NCBI GenBank assembly: GCA_030167865.1
Contig: JALAGF010003411.1
Coordinates: forward strand, 1 to 41,272
From: Craspedostauros australis
Lineage: Eukaryota
DNA: 41,272 nt
Reading direction: 5' to 3'
Part shown: one piece after another, positions 1-11,899 of the stretch
Numbering within the stretch: position 1 is the first letter of the stretch
Layout of the letters: every line of letters starts with the position of its first letter
Made by a program: the position numbers and the translations under genes
The notes under the pieces: generated by a model
What the model was told of the DNA's origin: nothing
Seen by the model: only the letters and a program-made list of their open reading frames with translations
The model's database searches: none

Positions 1-1680
1 AGCAAGCAAACCAGTGGCAACAAGGGGCCAAAACTCCACAACTAGTGATATCGCGACACCGTTTTACATTGAGTGCAGCTAGTATGTTACCTCCAGAGAG
101 TGCTCTATTTGCTTGTTCACCTCATTTCTTGGCATATCATTGATTACACTTCCGTCTTGTGACCCAAACACATTCTTTTGCCATCCATTTCTGGCGATAT
201 CCTGGGAGAAAGGATTGAATGGGACGTGGCGAGTTCGGCAATCGGCACATGTGGGAGGTCCCAAGTCTCTGGAGTGGCGAATCACATCGGGTGGTAGATC
301 TTGGGATGAATATTCTCGAATTGGAACAGGCTCTTCGAATGCTCGTGACATCCCACCCACAACTTCTCGAGATGTTGATGATGCCAACAGTCATTACGTA
401 CGAGCAACGAGATGATTGCATTGTCTCTCCATGGGGAGGATTGACCGTGAGCATCGAATCACACATGACGACTTTGTTTTGCTAGGCAACGGGAGAAAAC
501 ATCCAACAGCACATCGTTGCTCATGGTTGTCGAACGAGACAATCACAATGCAATACATCTCACCACATGGACATGCACGGTCTCTCTCTCTGTGTGTGTC
601 TGTGTGTTTGTGTGTTTGTGTGGAACAGTTTGGTGCTGTGGAGATCACCGCCGCCACAGGCGTAATTGCACCATCAGTTCTCAGTGTGTATTAGCACATT
701 TGTTACAGGTAAATGCACCGCAAACTCAGCTTTGTGTTCCCGGTAGAACCATCACAAGACAGCGCTGCGGTATGGCTGTAGGAAAGCAGAAAAAGGAGAG
801 AAACGCGGAGACGGAGGAAGTAGTCACCCAAAGGAATGGAAAAAGTGGCTATCAGGCGGCACCGTCATCGAGCCTGATCGTGGACACTAGCTGCTACTTC
901 TCGCTATTTAGTGGCAATGGTGTTGATCACGGTCGGGACTCGACGGTATGAACCAGCGAATGCAGACATGCCGCTCGAATTGTCATTTGGACGATAGAGT
1001 ACCAAACATTAGCGCATCCCAGTCCAGCGTTCTTGTCACAAACGCGCTGAATGGTTGTTTTTGTAGCACATTCGTGTACTCGACTGTACTAATACCAGTA
1101 TTGTTTTGGTAGAGAAAAGATGGTAATTACAATTACCTCAAGGCCATCTTCTTCATCCCTTTCGGGTCAGCAGAACGAACGCGATTCAAAAAACTACAGG
1201 AAAATATGTCCGTATGTGTGTCTGTGTTTTGTCGGAACGTCCATGTGTGTTAATTAAGCTGTTGTTGCGACTGTTCGGAGTATTCCCGTAGTAGCGATAA
1301 TTGTCATCTGTTGGTGTGGGTCGGCAGCAACGTGACAAATGCAACCACTGTGGCAGCCGACTCGCTTTTTGGCATCGTGTGACGATGCTTCGACTGTACC
1401 GCCGTGGCGCAACGCAACGCGACTCGAAACGACACAACACGAAGAACCGTGCAAAAAGGAGAAACGCCCTCCACCATCACGACCAAACCCATCCCAACAA
1501 CAAGACAGAGAGAAATAGAGAGCGAGGGGGGAGGCATCGCCGATTGATCATAAAATCAGGCAAGCCACCAATCCTCGACTCTGCTCTCTTCACCACAACC
1601 ATTGCCTCAGCAACAACCACAATCACAACAAACAAATAAACACACAAACGAACGCACACACATTGACATCCAGAAGAAGC

Positions 1681-3372
1681 ATGACCAGAGGCAACAACAT
1701 GGAGCGAAGCGGCCCAACGAACTCGCTGGCCCAACCGACGCTGCCCACAATCGGAGAAGACGCGTTCCTCAGCACCAGGAGACGCAGCTTCTCTGCCGAC
1801 TCCAACGTCCCCGCTGCCTCCACCCTCGACAAGCGCAGCCACCACAGCAGCGGCAGCCACAAGAGGAGGAAGGCCAAGAAGAGCGGCAGCAGCAGCAAGA
1901 AGAACAAGGAGACTGCCGTCCCCAAGTCCTTCGCCTTCCGCCACAGCAAGAAGAGCAAGGATACCTCCTCCATCAAATCCCCCGTCTCTCCACGTTGCAA
2001 GAAGCGTAGCACGCGTTGCATCAAGCTGCTGTCCAAGCGGGCGCAGCATGACCAGATCTCGCAGCATGAAACCTTCTTCACGCCGTTGCCACCGGCACCG
2101 CCCCTGCACAGCATGACGGAGCCGCATCAGAGTCAACCAGAACGTCAGCAATCATATCAGCAACAGTATCAGCAACAGTATCAGCAGCAACAGACAGAGT
2201 CCGTCCACAAAAACGCGCTGCATGATTCCGCGGAGACCGTCATGGATGAAGACGATGAGTACCTCGAGATCGTCGGCGCCAAGTCCATGGCAGAAGCGGC
2301 CCTTCCCATCAAGTCCTTCCAATTCCAAACATTCCAGCTGTCATCGCAGGGCAACGGCGACGAGACGGTGCAGATACGCAGGCAGCGAGACCAGCAGCCC
2401 CTCGCCCAAATCCAGAACATCTACAGGCACATGAAGGTGCTCACTGCGATTGATGATGACAGCGTTGTCAACACGGACAGTGTCGTCGGCAACAGCAATG
2501 GTGGTAACGATACCAGCAATGTCAACGCAGATGCCAACACAAGTATCAACGGCAACAACAACAGCAACAACACTGACGCATCCAACGTCGACAGCACTGC
2601 CAGCGGCGCTCCCAATCTCGCAGCCAAACCAAAGGTCAAGGCTGAGAAGATCCAGGCCATCCTGCACCGCCACCGCAATCAGGACGGCAGGCACCACTAC
2701 CGCATCTTCGGTCTGCAGCCCATCTACGAGGGCCAGAAGCCCTGCAAGGACATCATGGAAAGCATGGATCGCTATTACAACAGGAGCGATGAGAATGACA
2801 CCACCGGCGACACCAACACCAAGAACAAGCTTGGGAAGAGAATTGGCAAGAAACCAGACAAGAAGTCTGACAAGGCTGCTACCTCGAAGACTGGTAGCGG
2901 CCAAGGTCGAGCCAAAACCGGCAGCAGCAAAAGAAGAAACAACAGCGAGAACAGCATCGGCAAGTCGCCTGAAGCCAGCGGCAGGAACACCACCACCAGC
3001 AACAACAGCAGCAACAACAGCGGTGCCAATATCACCCACGACAGCAGCCGCACCGCCGCAACCGTCCACATCCCAGCATTCTACCAGTGGGCCGAAATCA
3101 AAAACTCAAACACTGGCCTCCACATGAAGTTCTCAATGAAGCTCAAAGGCGAGCCAGCCCTCAAGTTCGTCACGGAGCATTTCGGTCCCTCGATCTTTCG
3201 ATGGAACCGCAAGCGCGGATTCCTCGTCAAGGCCACTGGCAACGTCTGCGCGGGCGTCACATACACGAGCACCGGCAACAGCTCCCTCGTGCTGCGTCCC
3301 GGCGTCGATCCCTGCCTCATGTCTTGTCTCGCGGTCGTCATCGAGGAAATGACAGATAACATGCTCAAATAG
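1681..3372 (+). CDS. Hypothetical protein with long low-complexity/basic N-terminus and C-terminal tubby-C/LURP-one-like domain
   Basis: Long ORF (first ATG 1681) with strong C/G third-position bias. The C-terminus LVLRPGVDPCLMSCLAVVIEEM resembles the terminal 'V.PGVD..L' strand-helix of LURP/Tub_2 folds. Also has a basic stretch HKRRKAKK and QQQY repeats. Confidence 0.65.
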   Translation: MTRGNNMERSGPTNSLAQPTLPTIGEDAFLSTRRRSFSADSNVPAASTLDKRSHHSSGSHKRRKAKKSGSSSKKNKETAVPKSFAFRHSKKSKDTSSIKSPVSPRCKKRSTRCIKLLSKRAQHDQISQHETFFTPLPPAPPLHSMTEPHQSQPERQQSYQQQYQQQYQQQQTESVHKNALHDSAETVMDEDDEYLEIVGAKSMAEAALPIKSFQFQTFQLSSQGNGDETVQIRRQRDQQPLAQIQNIYRHMKVLTAIDDDSVVNTDSVVGNSNGGNDTSNVNADANTSINGNNNSNNTDASNVDSTASGAPNLAAKPKVKAEKIQAILHRHRNQDGRHHYRIFGLQPIYEGQKPCKDIMESMDRYYNRSDENDTTGDTNTKNKLGKRIGKKPDKKSDKAATSKTGSGQGRAKTGSSKRRNNSENSIGKSPEASGRNTTTSNNSSNNSGANITHDSSRTAATVHIPAFYQWAEIKNSNTGLHMKFSMKLKGEPALKFVTEHFGPSIFRWNRKRGFLVKATGNVCAGVTYTSTGNSSLVLRPGVDPCLMSCLAVVIEEMTDNMLK

Positions 3373-4142
3373 AAAACCTTGTGAATGCATACTCATACGT
3401 GCAGACAATCGCTCAATGCGCCATACAATTATTAAAGAGGACTCGCGCTCTGCTGCTCTCTGGTCGTACTCGTATTCATGCGCACGGAGATACATACCCG
3501 TAGAGGAACACACTTGCTCGGCGTGGTGCTCGGCACCCAAGCTTTCCATTTCTCCGATATGTGGCGGTATCACTGCCACAGAACTGCCATCGGAGGTTAA
3601 TCCATCGCGCTCACTCGGCGACGTTTGCATCCTTGCCACAACATCAGGATTGCGGAGGGTGGGTACGACCTCCGATTGCGCTCGTCTCACCCCATCTACT
3701 CGTACTCGCGCTCGCACTCGTGGTCGCCACAGTCTACCCTGACTCGAGAGAGGCAATGCCGTGACGACAAGCATCTCGAAATTCGAGCCATCACTTTCCG
3801 ACTACCAAAGAAGCAAATCAAATTTTAAAATGTGGGGAGATGGAAATCGCAAGAATTCTCTTTTTGTCACACCTTCGAAGAACATCGCGATGACGAAACA
3901 CCAGACAGGAGAAGGAAGATGATGGTGCGTGTTTCGATCTTCGAAACCCCAACAATCCAGGGTGGCGTCATCGCCAGCAGCGGGAGCAACATCGATGAGA
4001 GTGTGAAGTGCTGGCAGCTGTCTTTGCCGATCAAGAGGTCTTGAGTTGGTGGATGCACATCCGGCGAGGCCAAGTGCATTGGTCACAAATCAAGCTCCCC
4101 TAAACCAACGAGCACGACTCTCGCCTCAACGCAGGCGCAACA

Positions 4143-7100
4143 ATGACATTCGTTTCCGCAGAAGTGGCCGCGGGCTCGAATCCAACAACATCACAACAGA
4201 AACGGGCGAGGTTTCAATCCACCAATCGGCAGGAGGTCTTCGAAACCTCTGACTTGCAACATAATGACCCTCGAACTGGCGATGAGTCTTCATCTCAACA
4301 ACCGACGACTCAAAACGGTGCCGATGATGCGGCCGATGTTGATGATCACGACCATCACGACCATCACGATCAGCTGCTTTTTCAAAGGCACAGACGCAAA
4401 AGCGTCTCAACACGCTTCACCTTCAGCGAGTCCACTCGATCAACCATCCTGACTATAGCTGGGTCATCCCATGGAGGATTGGCAGAGAAGAATGCAAGTG
4501 GCGAACTGCCCAGTCATCACCGGCACCATCAACGACAGAAACGGCATCGGCAGAAAATGCGACGGCACGAGCAGCAGAAACGACGACGAAGTCTATCGAT
4601 CATCTCCAGGTTCACGAGGAACGGCGGCGACATCGCCACACGTCTCGACATGGCGCTGCGCACAACGATCGGGACTGTCATCAACTTCGCATGCTTCCGG
4701 CATGAATTCTTCCACGGCGTTTGGATTGCCAACATGTTCTTCCATGTTTGCCTCGCCGATCCAACCATCGGCGCGTCGTCTCTGGCATTCCAGAAATTCG
4801 CCTTCAGCGTCATCATCACGACGCTCTTGAGTTGGCCCATCGCCATTTGGTTCGAAAGCGGAGCTTTATCCATGATGACGAGGCAGATCCTGCTGCCAAT
4901 CTTCATCTTCTTTCTGTCCTTGCTTTTCATGCTGTGTCCATGGCTGTCCTACCGCAACCTCATGGTGCTCATCTCCTACATCGTCATCGCGCTGCCCGTT
5001 CGCAACACGAATTTGGATTGGTACGGACCGTGGGGATACTGCGCATCCTACGTCGCCTGCACATGCGTCGCGGTCCTCATGACGATCCCCAACCGTGCCT
5101 GCAACCGGATCTCCGTCCTACTGCATCACTACGAATCCGATGCCTGCCAGTGCTTGACGGAAATCCGCGCCTACACCATGTCGGCGGGGCACGCATCGAA
5201 GGTGGCACGTGCCGCGATATCGGGCATCCAGCTTTTGGTCGGACGCATGGATACCACCGTGCGCGAATTGAAACGGTTGACACCTGCGGCAAGCGAGGAA
5301 CTGAGGTTGCAGCAATGGATGGGAGGCGGCACGAGGATAAGGTGGCGGCGTCAAGGGCAGAAGCGCTGCCAACCTCAGTCGGTCGTCGCCCGACTGGAGC
5401 ATTGGATTCAGCACTTGGAAAGGCAGATTATGGATTATCATTTGCTGACAACCGCGCTGGGGCAGCACTATCTGGGTGAAGCGTCGCCCCTCCAATCACA
5501 AGATGCCGTGCGGATGCGGATTCTGATCGCCAAGCACATTTCCCCGATGTACCAGCATCTGATAGATCACATGGCGCATGCGATACAGCTGGGGACGCTG
5601 ATGGCGGACCCCATTGCTTGTCACGCCGACGATCCTGACGATGTCACCGTCATGACGGAACTGTGCAAAGAGATCGAAGTGGCATTCTCTAACGCCATCC
5701 AGGAGGCGGCGATGACTGTGGGTAGCAACGTCAACGCGCAGCCGGGACAACAGAAAGTCAAACCACAGTTGGCTCATTTGGCACGCCGCATGGCGACCTT
5801 CCGCAGCTTCATGTCGATCGCGGACAATCTCATCACGTACTTGAAGGATGAAAACGATGCCAAAGATCAAAACATGAACCACGAACGAGCGACGGTGGTG
5901 CCCGCAGGTCATACCGCGGCCACAACGGCAGCTACAACGGCAGGTACGAACAGCCGAGTACGCGACGGAAGAATGACTCGGATCTGTTGCCTCCCATTCA
6001 GGATCATTGCCAACATGCTCCAGTATCTCATTCGTGAGTTTTGGACTCCGTCCTGGCTTTGGCGCAACGAGGCCGATCGGAACTTGGCATTCAAGATGGC
6101 CGCGGGCATGTGCATCAGCTCTCTCTTCGTCTCCGTCGATGCCTTGTGGAAGGTCGCCGCACCGTTCGGCCTGTGGCCCGCAATCACGGTGGCGATCGTC
6201 AACTTGGGGCAACGGGGAAGCAGCTTCCAAAAGGCTTCCGACCGATTGTTCGGAACCGCCTTCGCTGTCGCATTCGGCATGCTCGTGGTCGATGTCTTTC
6301 CGAATCAGGACGAGGACACCGTGCACATTTGCGCGATCGGGGTCTTCACATTCGTCATGATTTACCTTCGCAACCCCGAGCATGCCTACATGTACACCTA
6401 CGCTGCCATGAGCATCGGGGCGATACTGATCGGCGCAACAGAGAATGGGTACGACGTCGAGGAGTACATCCCAAAGCGAATTCAGCTTATCTTCGTGGGC
6501 GTGTTTATCTTTGCGAGCGTCGAGCTGTTCCTATTCCCACGCAGCAGCCGGAACGTGGTTGAGACGATGAGCTTGAGTGTGTTGTTCCAATGCGAGTCGT
6601 TCCTGGGCGAAGGCAAGTCCTTCTTGGAGCAGCTGGAACACGATGTCGCAGCTCATCACGTGGACGTCGAAACAGGTGAGCACATCAGCACACAGAGAGA
6701 CGGTGCTGCGACGAGCGATCGCGACGATCCACGAACCATCGAGATGGAAAAGGAGGCACAGCAACGTCACCAAATCAACGCGGCCGACTCGCCATCCAAG
6801 ACGAAGCTTGAGGAACTGCAGCAGAGCATCCATTCGTGTGCTTCGAGTTTGGCCCAAGAGGTACCGTCAGCGTTGAAAGAACCATACTTTGGCTTCTCTC
6901 AAAGATTGATTCCAGCTCCGATTATCAACATCAGCAGGGAGGCGACACTGTTGGATCGCCAAACCACACTACTGATGAAGGCCTTCACGCGAATTCCAGC
7001 GCTTTATTCCAATCAGGTATGGAACTCTCCTTCACATACCCATGCATATTCGTTTAGTCAGAAACACAACAGCAGCAGAAACGGCGTCGCAGCAGGAACA

Positions 7101-7544
7101 GGAGCAGAATCAGGAGTAGCAGGAACAACGGCAGCGATCCTTGCAGAGGAACGACGCGACTGGCCAAAGGTGTACCACCAAATGATCTCGATGGCATCGC
7201 AGCAGATTCAGAAATGCTGTGACAATCTCCGAGTCGCGTTTCCGGATGGGCGATTGCGACCACAGCATGGCAATTCGCTGGACGCGGTCGCTGCCGCCGC
7301 ATCTTTCAAGGAAATGAATTCGATCCGATTGCAGCTGGTCGACATGTGGTCGCGGAGCTTCTACGAGATGCAAGGCTACCATCTGGAACGTGCAGGGGGC
7401 GACCGTGCAAAAGCGATAGAGTCGATGAACCCGACACAGGTAGTGACCCTGGGTGTCACCATCTCTTATCTGCTGGAGATCTGCCGCCACTGCCATCAGA
7501 TCGGCGAGAATTTGGAAGCGTACGCCCGAAGCTTCCCACGATAG
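4143..7544 (+). CDS. FUSC/ALMT (aromatic acid exporter superfamily)-like integral membrane protein
   Basis: 1133-aa ORF with two hydrophobic TM blocks, each followed by a helical region. The second block has AFKMAAG...GLWPAITVAIV...GSSFQKASDRLFGT and RIQLIFVGV...LFLFP, typical of FUSC_2/ALMT domains. Confidence 0.8.
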   Translation: MTFVSAEVAAGSNPTTSQQKRARFQSTNRQEVFETSDLQHNDPRTGDESSSQQPTTQNGADDAADVDDHDHHDHHDQLLFQRHRRKSVSTRFTFSESTRSTILTIAGSSHGGLAEKNASGELPSHHRHHQRQKRHRQKMRRHEQQKRRRSLSIISRFTRNGGDIATRLDMALRTTIGTVINFACFRHEFFHGVWIANMFFHVCLADPTIGASSLAFQKFAFSVIITTLLSWPIAIWFESGALSMMTRQILLPIFIFFLSLLFMLCPWLSYRNLMVLISYIVIALPVRNTNLDWYGPWGYCASYVACTCVAVLMTIPNRACNRISVLLHHYESDACQCLTEIRAYTMSAGHASKVARAAISGIQLLVGRMDTTVRELKRLTPAASEELRLQQWMGGGTRIRWRRQGQKRCQPQSVVARLEHWIQHLERQIMDYHLLTTALGQHYLGEASPLQSQDAVRMRILIAKHISPMYQHLIDHMAHAIQLGTLMADPIACHADDPDDVTVMTELCKEIEVAFSNAIQEAAMTVGSNVNAQPGQQKVKPQLAHLARRMATFRSFMSIADNLITYLKDENDAKDQNMNHERATVVPAGHTAATTAATTAGTNSRVRDGRMTRICCLPFRIIANMLQYLIREFWTPSWLWRNEADRNLAFKMAAGMCISSLFVSVDALWKVAAPFGLWPAITVAIVNLGQRGSSFQKASDRLFGTAFAVAFGMLVVDVFPNQDEDTVHICAIGVFTFVMIYLRNPEHAYMYTYAAMSIGAILIGATENGYDVEEYIPKRIQLIFVGVFIFASVELFLFPRSSRNVVETMSLSVLFQCESFLGEGKSFLEQLEHDVAAHHVDVETGEHISTQRDGAATSDRDDPRTIEMEKEAQQRHQINAADSPSKTKLEELQQSIHSCASSLAQEVPSALKEPYFGFSQRLIPAPIINISREATLLDRQTTLLMKAFTRIPALYSNQVWNSPSHTHAYSFSQKHNSSRNGVAAGTGAESGVAGTTAAILAEERRDWPKVYHQMISMASQQIQKCCDNLRVAFPDGRLRPQHGNSLDAVAAAASFKEMNSIRLQLVDMWSRSFYEMQGYHLERAGGDRAKAIESMNPTQVVTLGVTISYLLEICRHCHQIGENLEAYARSFPR

Positions 7545-8280
7545 TCGACAATGACAAGTCGGTTGAGGCTTCCAAACTCTTATCACGCGGAAAGATCCTG
7601 CGATTTGGATCCGAGCTGGCCTCGCAACTCGAGGTAGAGCCTGTTACTAGTACGAGTAGATCGTTTGCACACTTTGGCATTATCGTTACGACGAGATCTT
7701 GGTTCCTCAAACGAGGTACGAAGATTGAACGGGCGATGGACAGTATTTCAAATTTCATTGTGTGAGTCGGAGACAACCAAGACTGTGTTCGTTCACGCGA
7801 TTGCACGATTCGATGTGAGTCGTGTGGACTTCGGGTTTTGTTCTCTTTTGATTTGTTCGAAACGCCGCGTTGATGTTCTTTGCAACTGTTCTTTTGTGCC
7901 AAAGAGGGCGGCTCGTGCCGAACGCGATGGAACAACGGCTCGTTGCTTCGCAAGGTCGCGTGCTTTTGTGTGCGCGATTCTGCCCAAGTTGAGTAAGACG
8001 AATGGAAATCCGCACATCAAACATCGAAAAGATCGACTTCTTCTGGTCGGTTTCCTCCATTTCTTTGCCCAAGAGAGGAACTCCGCAACACAGACAACAC
8101 AACACAGCAATACCAATGCCATATCGATACTGTCGTCCATAGCACTACTGCGCTCTGCTCGTACACTACATATTATCCTTTATTATTCGTTTTTCTGATC
8201 ATATTACATAGTATTCTATATTATTATACTCGTGCACTTTTTGTACTCCCTGCACTCTCTGCACTCGGAGAGCCTCCGAG

Positions 8281-9729
8281 ATGGCGTACCGACTGAAGCA
8301 GGTGACGTACAACAAGCGCAAGCACAAGATCCTGGTGCAGAACGAGAATGGCCCCTGCCCTCTGATCGCCGCCGCCAATGCGCTGCTGCTGCGCGACGCC
8401 ATCAAGCTGCCCAGCAACTGCGTGGGAGCCGGCGTCATCAAGATCGACGAGCTCATCAACGTGCTGGCGGAGAAGGTGCTGAACAACTCCTCGCAGCAGT
8501 CGCAGTCGATGAACCACCAGTTCGCCGTGCAGGAGGTCATGCAGGTGTTTCCGTCGCTGCAGTACGGCATGGACGTCAACCCCAAGTTCACGAAGGGGCC
8601 GTCGGGTGTGGAGTACACGAAGCAGCTCAACGCCTTCGATCTGCTCCACGTGGACCTCGTGCACGGGTGGCTGGTGGACCCTAACGACCCGGAAGAAGCC
8701 GGGCTCATCGGCGACCAAACCTACAATCAGCTTATCAACCAGGTCATCAAGGGCAACGAGGCGAAGTCCGAGCTCGAGGCGCTGCACAAAAAGAGCGACG
8801 CGGTTGCCAGCATCCTTCTGATGGACCCGGCGCAGCAGATGACGCCGCAGGAGAAAAGGCAGAAGGAGCACCAGCTATCTGCCACCGCCACCAACGGGTC
8901 GCTGATCCACAACTTCCTGGAACGATCCGCCCATCAGCTGACGCAGTACGGCCTGCAGGTGCTGCACGAGCGCGTCAAGGAGAACGATCTGTGCGTGTTC
9001 TTCCGCAACAACCACTTCAACACGCTCACGAAGCACAAGGGCATGCTGTACCTGCTCGTCACGGACTTGGGATTCGCCACGATGCCGGATGTGATTTGGG
9101 AGAGGTTGGATGTCATCGATGGTGACACGGAGTACGTCAACGCGGCCTTCGTTCGGCCTGCGCTGCCGCAATCGGTGGGCATGCCACAGGCGGCGGCGAC
9201 GGGGCAGCAAGTGCTCGCCAACAACGCGCAATCGAACGTCGATTTCCAACTGGCGTTGCAGCTCAGTCGCGAATCCAGTACGGGCGATGTCGCGAAGGCG
9301 CCGAGAAAGCAAGCTGGCGCACAAGCAAATTTACCACCATCCACGACGGCTGCGAACGCAAGACCTATCCCGCAGCCAACACCCAACAATCAGCTGGAAG
9401 CAGATGCCAACGCAGACATCCAAGCGGCGATGCAGGCCAGCATGATGGAGTTCCAGCGAGAGCAATCGCAACGCGCGGGTCAACCGTTCCACGCACAGCC
9501 AGTCACCGTCGCGATTGGAGTTCCATCCATGGCGGATGAGCTCATGGCGCGACAGCTGTACGAAAATGAAGATGCCAGCCGTCGGCTGGCAATGCAGTTG
9601 CAACAGGAAGAACGGGAGCAGCAGCGGCAGCAAACCCGACCGACTCGGAATGTGCAGAGGTCACGGCAGAATGCTGCCACGACGAGCAGAACAAAGACGC
9701 AGGATGGCAGCAACTGCTGCATATCTTGA
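8281..9729 (+). CDS. MINDY-1/2 family deubiquitinase (FAM63-like)
   Basis: Catalytic Cys motif QNENGPCPLIA, LVHGWLVDP, QLTQYGL, catalytic His motif FFRNNHF and LYLLVTD.GF. The C-terminal part has MIU/UIM-like helices (DFQLALQL, DELMARQL, RRLAMQLQQEE) and ends in a CaaX-like CCIS. Confidence 0.93.
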   Translation: MAYRLKQVTYNKRKHKILVQNENGPCPLIAAANALLLRDAIKLPSNCVGAGVIKIDELINVLAEKVLNNSSQQSQSMNHQFAVQEVMQVFPSLQYGMDVNPKFTKGPSGVEYTKQLNAFDLLHVDLVHGWLVDPNDPEEAGLIGDQTYNQLINQVIKGNEAKSELEALHKKSDAVASILLMDPAQQMTPQEKRQKEHQLSATATNGSLIHNFLERSAHQLTQYGLQVLHERVKENDLCVFFRNNHFNTLTKHKGMLYLLVTDLGFATMPDVIWERLDVIDGDTEYVNAAFVRPALPQSVGMPQAAATGQQVLANNAQSNVDFQLALQLSRESSTGDVAKAPRKQAGAQANLPPSTTAANARPIPQPTPNNQLEADANADIQAAMQASMMEFQREQSQRAGQPFHAQPVTVAIGVPSMADELMARQLYENEDASRRLAMQLQQEEREQQRQQTRPTRNVQRSRQNAATTSRTKTQDGSNCCIS

Positions 9730-10450
9730 GCACGGTTGCCTGTCGCAGAGCGTCATCAGTCTTTTCCATCACGATGTTGTCGCCAACTTCTGATTGCGAG
9801 AGAGTAACATACATATGACAATACCCTGTTAATTGGCAATGATGCTCCTGGCGGCCAGACTAACAATCACGGTAGCGATTGAAAGATTCTGATCTCCTCT
9901 CGAAGTCTTGTGATAGTGCCGCATGGGTGCCAGGACCGCATCTGGTTCCCATACAGAATACTGACGATGGATGGTACGTAAGCTATAGAGAGGAATGTAG
10001 AGCTTGTGATTTTGTGTCTGCCCTTCGGTTGTTTCACGTGCTTCGCGGACACGAGTTCTCCTTCCGCTGTATTGCACGGCCTTGCTGAGAACAATGGCCG
10101 CACCCAACATCGAATTCGGTTCTCCCATGCGTCCCCTGTTGTGACTGTACCACAAAGAGAGCAACAACAAACGCCTCAAGAGTAACATCGACAACACCCG
10201 TTATGCTGCTACTAATATCACTTACTCTGTTATAATATATAATATAATATAAGCATCATACGCAATTCAATTGCGTATCTGTGGCGTTACATGTGCTTGT
10301 GGAAGACGCCAGTTACAGATAATGCCAGTGTCTGTGGTACAGTCAACAATCCAACACCAGCAGCAACATCAACGACAACGACAACAAAGCCACCATCAAC
10401 GCCATTGACAAGACGACCTGCAGCTGAATCAGCACCATCATCTTCACATC

Positions 10451-11899
10451 ATGGCGCCGTCAAATACAACCGCACCCCCCAACACGAAGAGCTTGTCCAT
10501 TTCCGGCATGAAGGCCAAGCGTGTTGTCGTCTTCATCGTCGTCATCACCATTGCAGTGGCGAATTGTGGGCTCTCTGCGTTTTCATTGGGGTCGTCCCAG
10601 TTCTTCAATGATGCAGTGAGAGATGCCGCCAACGCTCCAGCCAACACAGCCAGCGGCGATTTACATCCACACCGATGGACTCATAACATCACAGACTTTC
10701 CTGCCTTCATGTTGCAATGGCCAACTGATATTTTCGAACCGCATCAGTGCAACTTCATGAACTCCTCGATGGCACATACCTTCAGTGTCACTGACTATCC
10801 AAGATCGTACAGTTTAGACGACACCCTCCACGTGGACTATGGCAACCTCACTGAAGCGTTGGATCAAGCTGGCGCAATGACAGATGGAGGCGACCCCACG
10901 AACCCATGGATGAATGGGCGAACTCCCTCCAACCATATCACCACGGTTATCTGCGCGAAAGCAATGAAGCCATGGATCTTTCATTTCCCACATCTGCTCC
11001 AGAATCTGCTACCGTGCTGGTCGTTGTGGCGGCTCTTCCCAGACGTCGAGCATGTTTTTCTTCTTGGCCCGGAATTCAAACCGGAACATGTTCACATAAC
11101 CCAGTTCAACGAGGGGATTTTCGCCCTGTTCCAAGCAAACAATATCACAGTCTCATACGAGCGATCGAAGCCATACATCAACCACCTCAAAACCTTGGGG
11201 AAGAATATCCTCGTTGCAAAGGGAAATCTGAATTATCGCTCTGGTTACCGAGCGATCCACGAAGACGATCTGCAGCATTTTCGACGAAGCACCATGTCCA
11301 TGCTCGGCATGGAACACTATATCACACAATCCTGTGGAGTGTCATCCCTCACAGAATTGACGGCCAAAACGAATGCAGAAACAAGCGATCGATCAACTGG
11401 CAATCAGCATCTCCTGCGCCCACCACGCATCGGAATTGCCACTCGCACGGCCAGCAGACGAGTTCATGGCGCGCACAACATCTCCTCACTTCTGCAGGAT
11501 GAACTTGACCTGAAATACAGACCACCTGTTTTTCTCATGGAAAGTCTGTCATTTGAAGAGCAAGTGGAGCTGTTTGCCAATGTCGATATTCTATTGACAC
11601 CACATGGTGCGCACTTGACTGGAGTTCCGTTCATGCCTCGTTGTGGCTCGGTCATAGAGCTGCTGCCGTATGGCTACGACTGGAATGAGTTCTTTGGAAC
11701 GCTGACAGCAATGTCAGGTCTGAATCATTCCTACATTTACCTTGGGGAAGACCCAGTCGCAGAAACTCGGTTCTTCCACAAACGGAATAGGGATCAAGAG
11801 GTGCGTTCCGCAGACATTTGTGTGCCAGCACATCGGGTGATCGAGGCCGTGAAGATCCAGGTCGACCATTGGCATCAATGTTGTGGATCTGCTCCCTAG
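10451..11899 (+). CDS. Glycosyltransferase family 61 (DUF563) type II membrane protein
   Basis: N-terminal signal anchor (VVVFIVVITIAVA). Contains FHFPH and the GT61 signature SFEEQVELFANVDILLTPHGAHLTGVPFMPRCGSVIEL. Confidence 0.85.
   Translation: MAPSNTTAPPNTKSLSISGMKAKRVVVFIVVITIAVANCGLSAFSLGSSQFFNDAVRDAANAPANTASGDLHPHRWTHNITDFPAFMLQWPTDIFEPHQCNFMNSSMAHTFSVTDYPRSYSLDDTLHVDYGNLTEALDQAGAMTDGGDPTNPWMNGRTPSNHITTVICAKAMKPWIFHFPHLLQNLLPCWSLWRLFPDVEHVFLLGPEFKPEHVHITQFNEGIFALFQANNITVSYERSKPYINHLKTLGKNILVAKGNLNYRSGYRAIHEDDLQHFRRSTMSMLGMEHYITQSCGVSSLTELTAKTNAETSDRSTGNQHLLRPPRIGIATRTASRRVHGAHNISSLLQDELDLKYRPPVFLMESLSFEEQVELFANVDILLTPHGAHLTGVPFMPRCGSVIELLPYGYDWNEFFGTLTAMSGLNHSYIYLGEDPVAETRFFHKRNRDQEVRSADICVPAHRVIEAVKIQVDHWHQCCGSAP

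Noticed and set aside
79-951. Several overlapping short ORFs at the window start
   Set aside because: No recognisable motif and no clear codon bias. They overlap ct/gt microsatellites; not supportable as genes.
10451-11899. Weaker GC3 bias of the GT61 gene as a sign of horizontal transfer
   Set aside because: Judged by eye only. It has a typical eukaryotic type II Golgi topology, and expression level can explain the codon difference.
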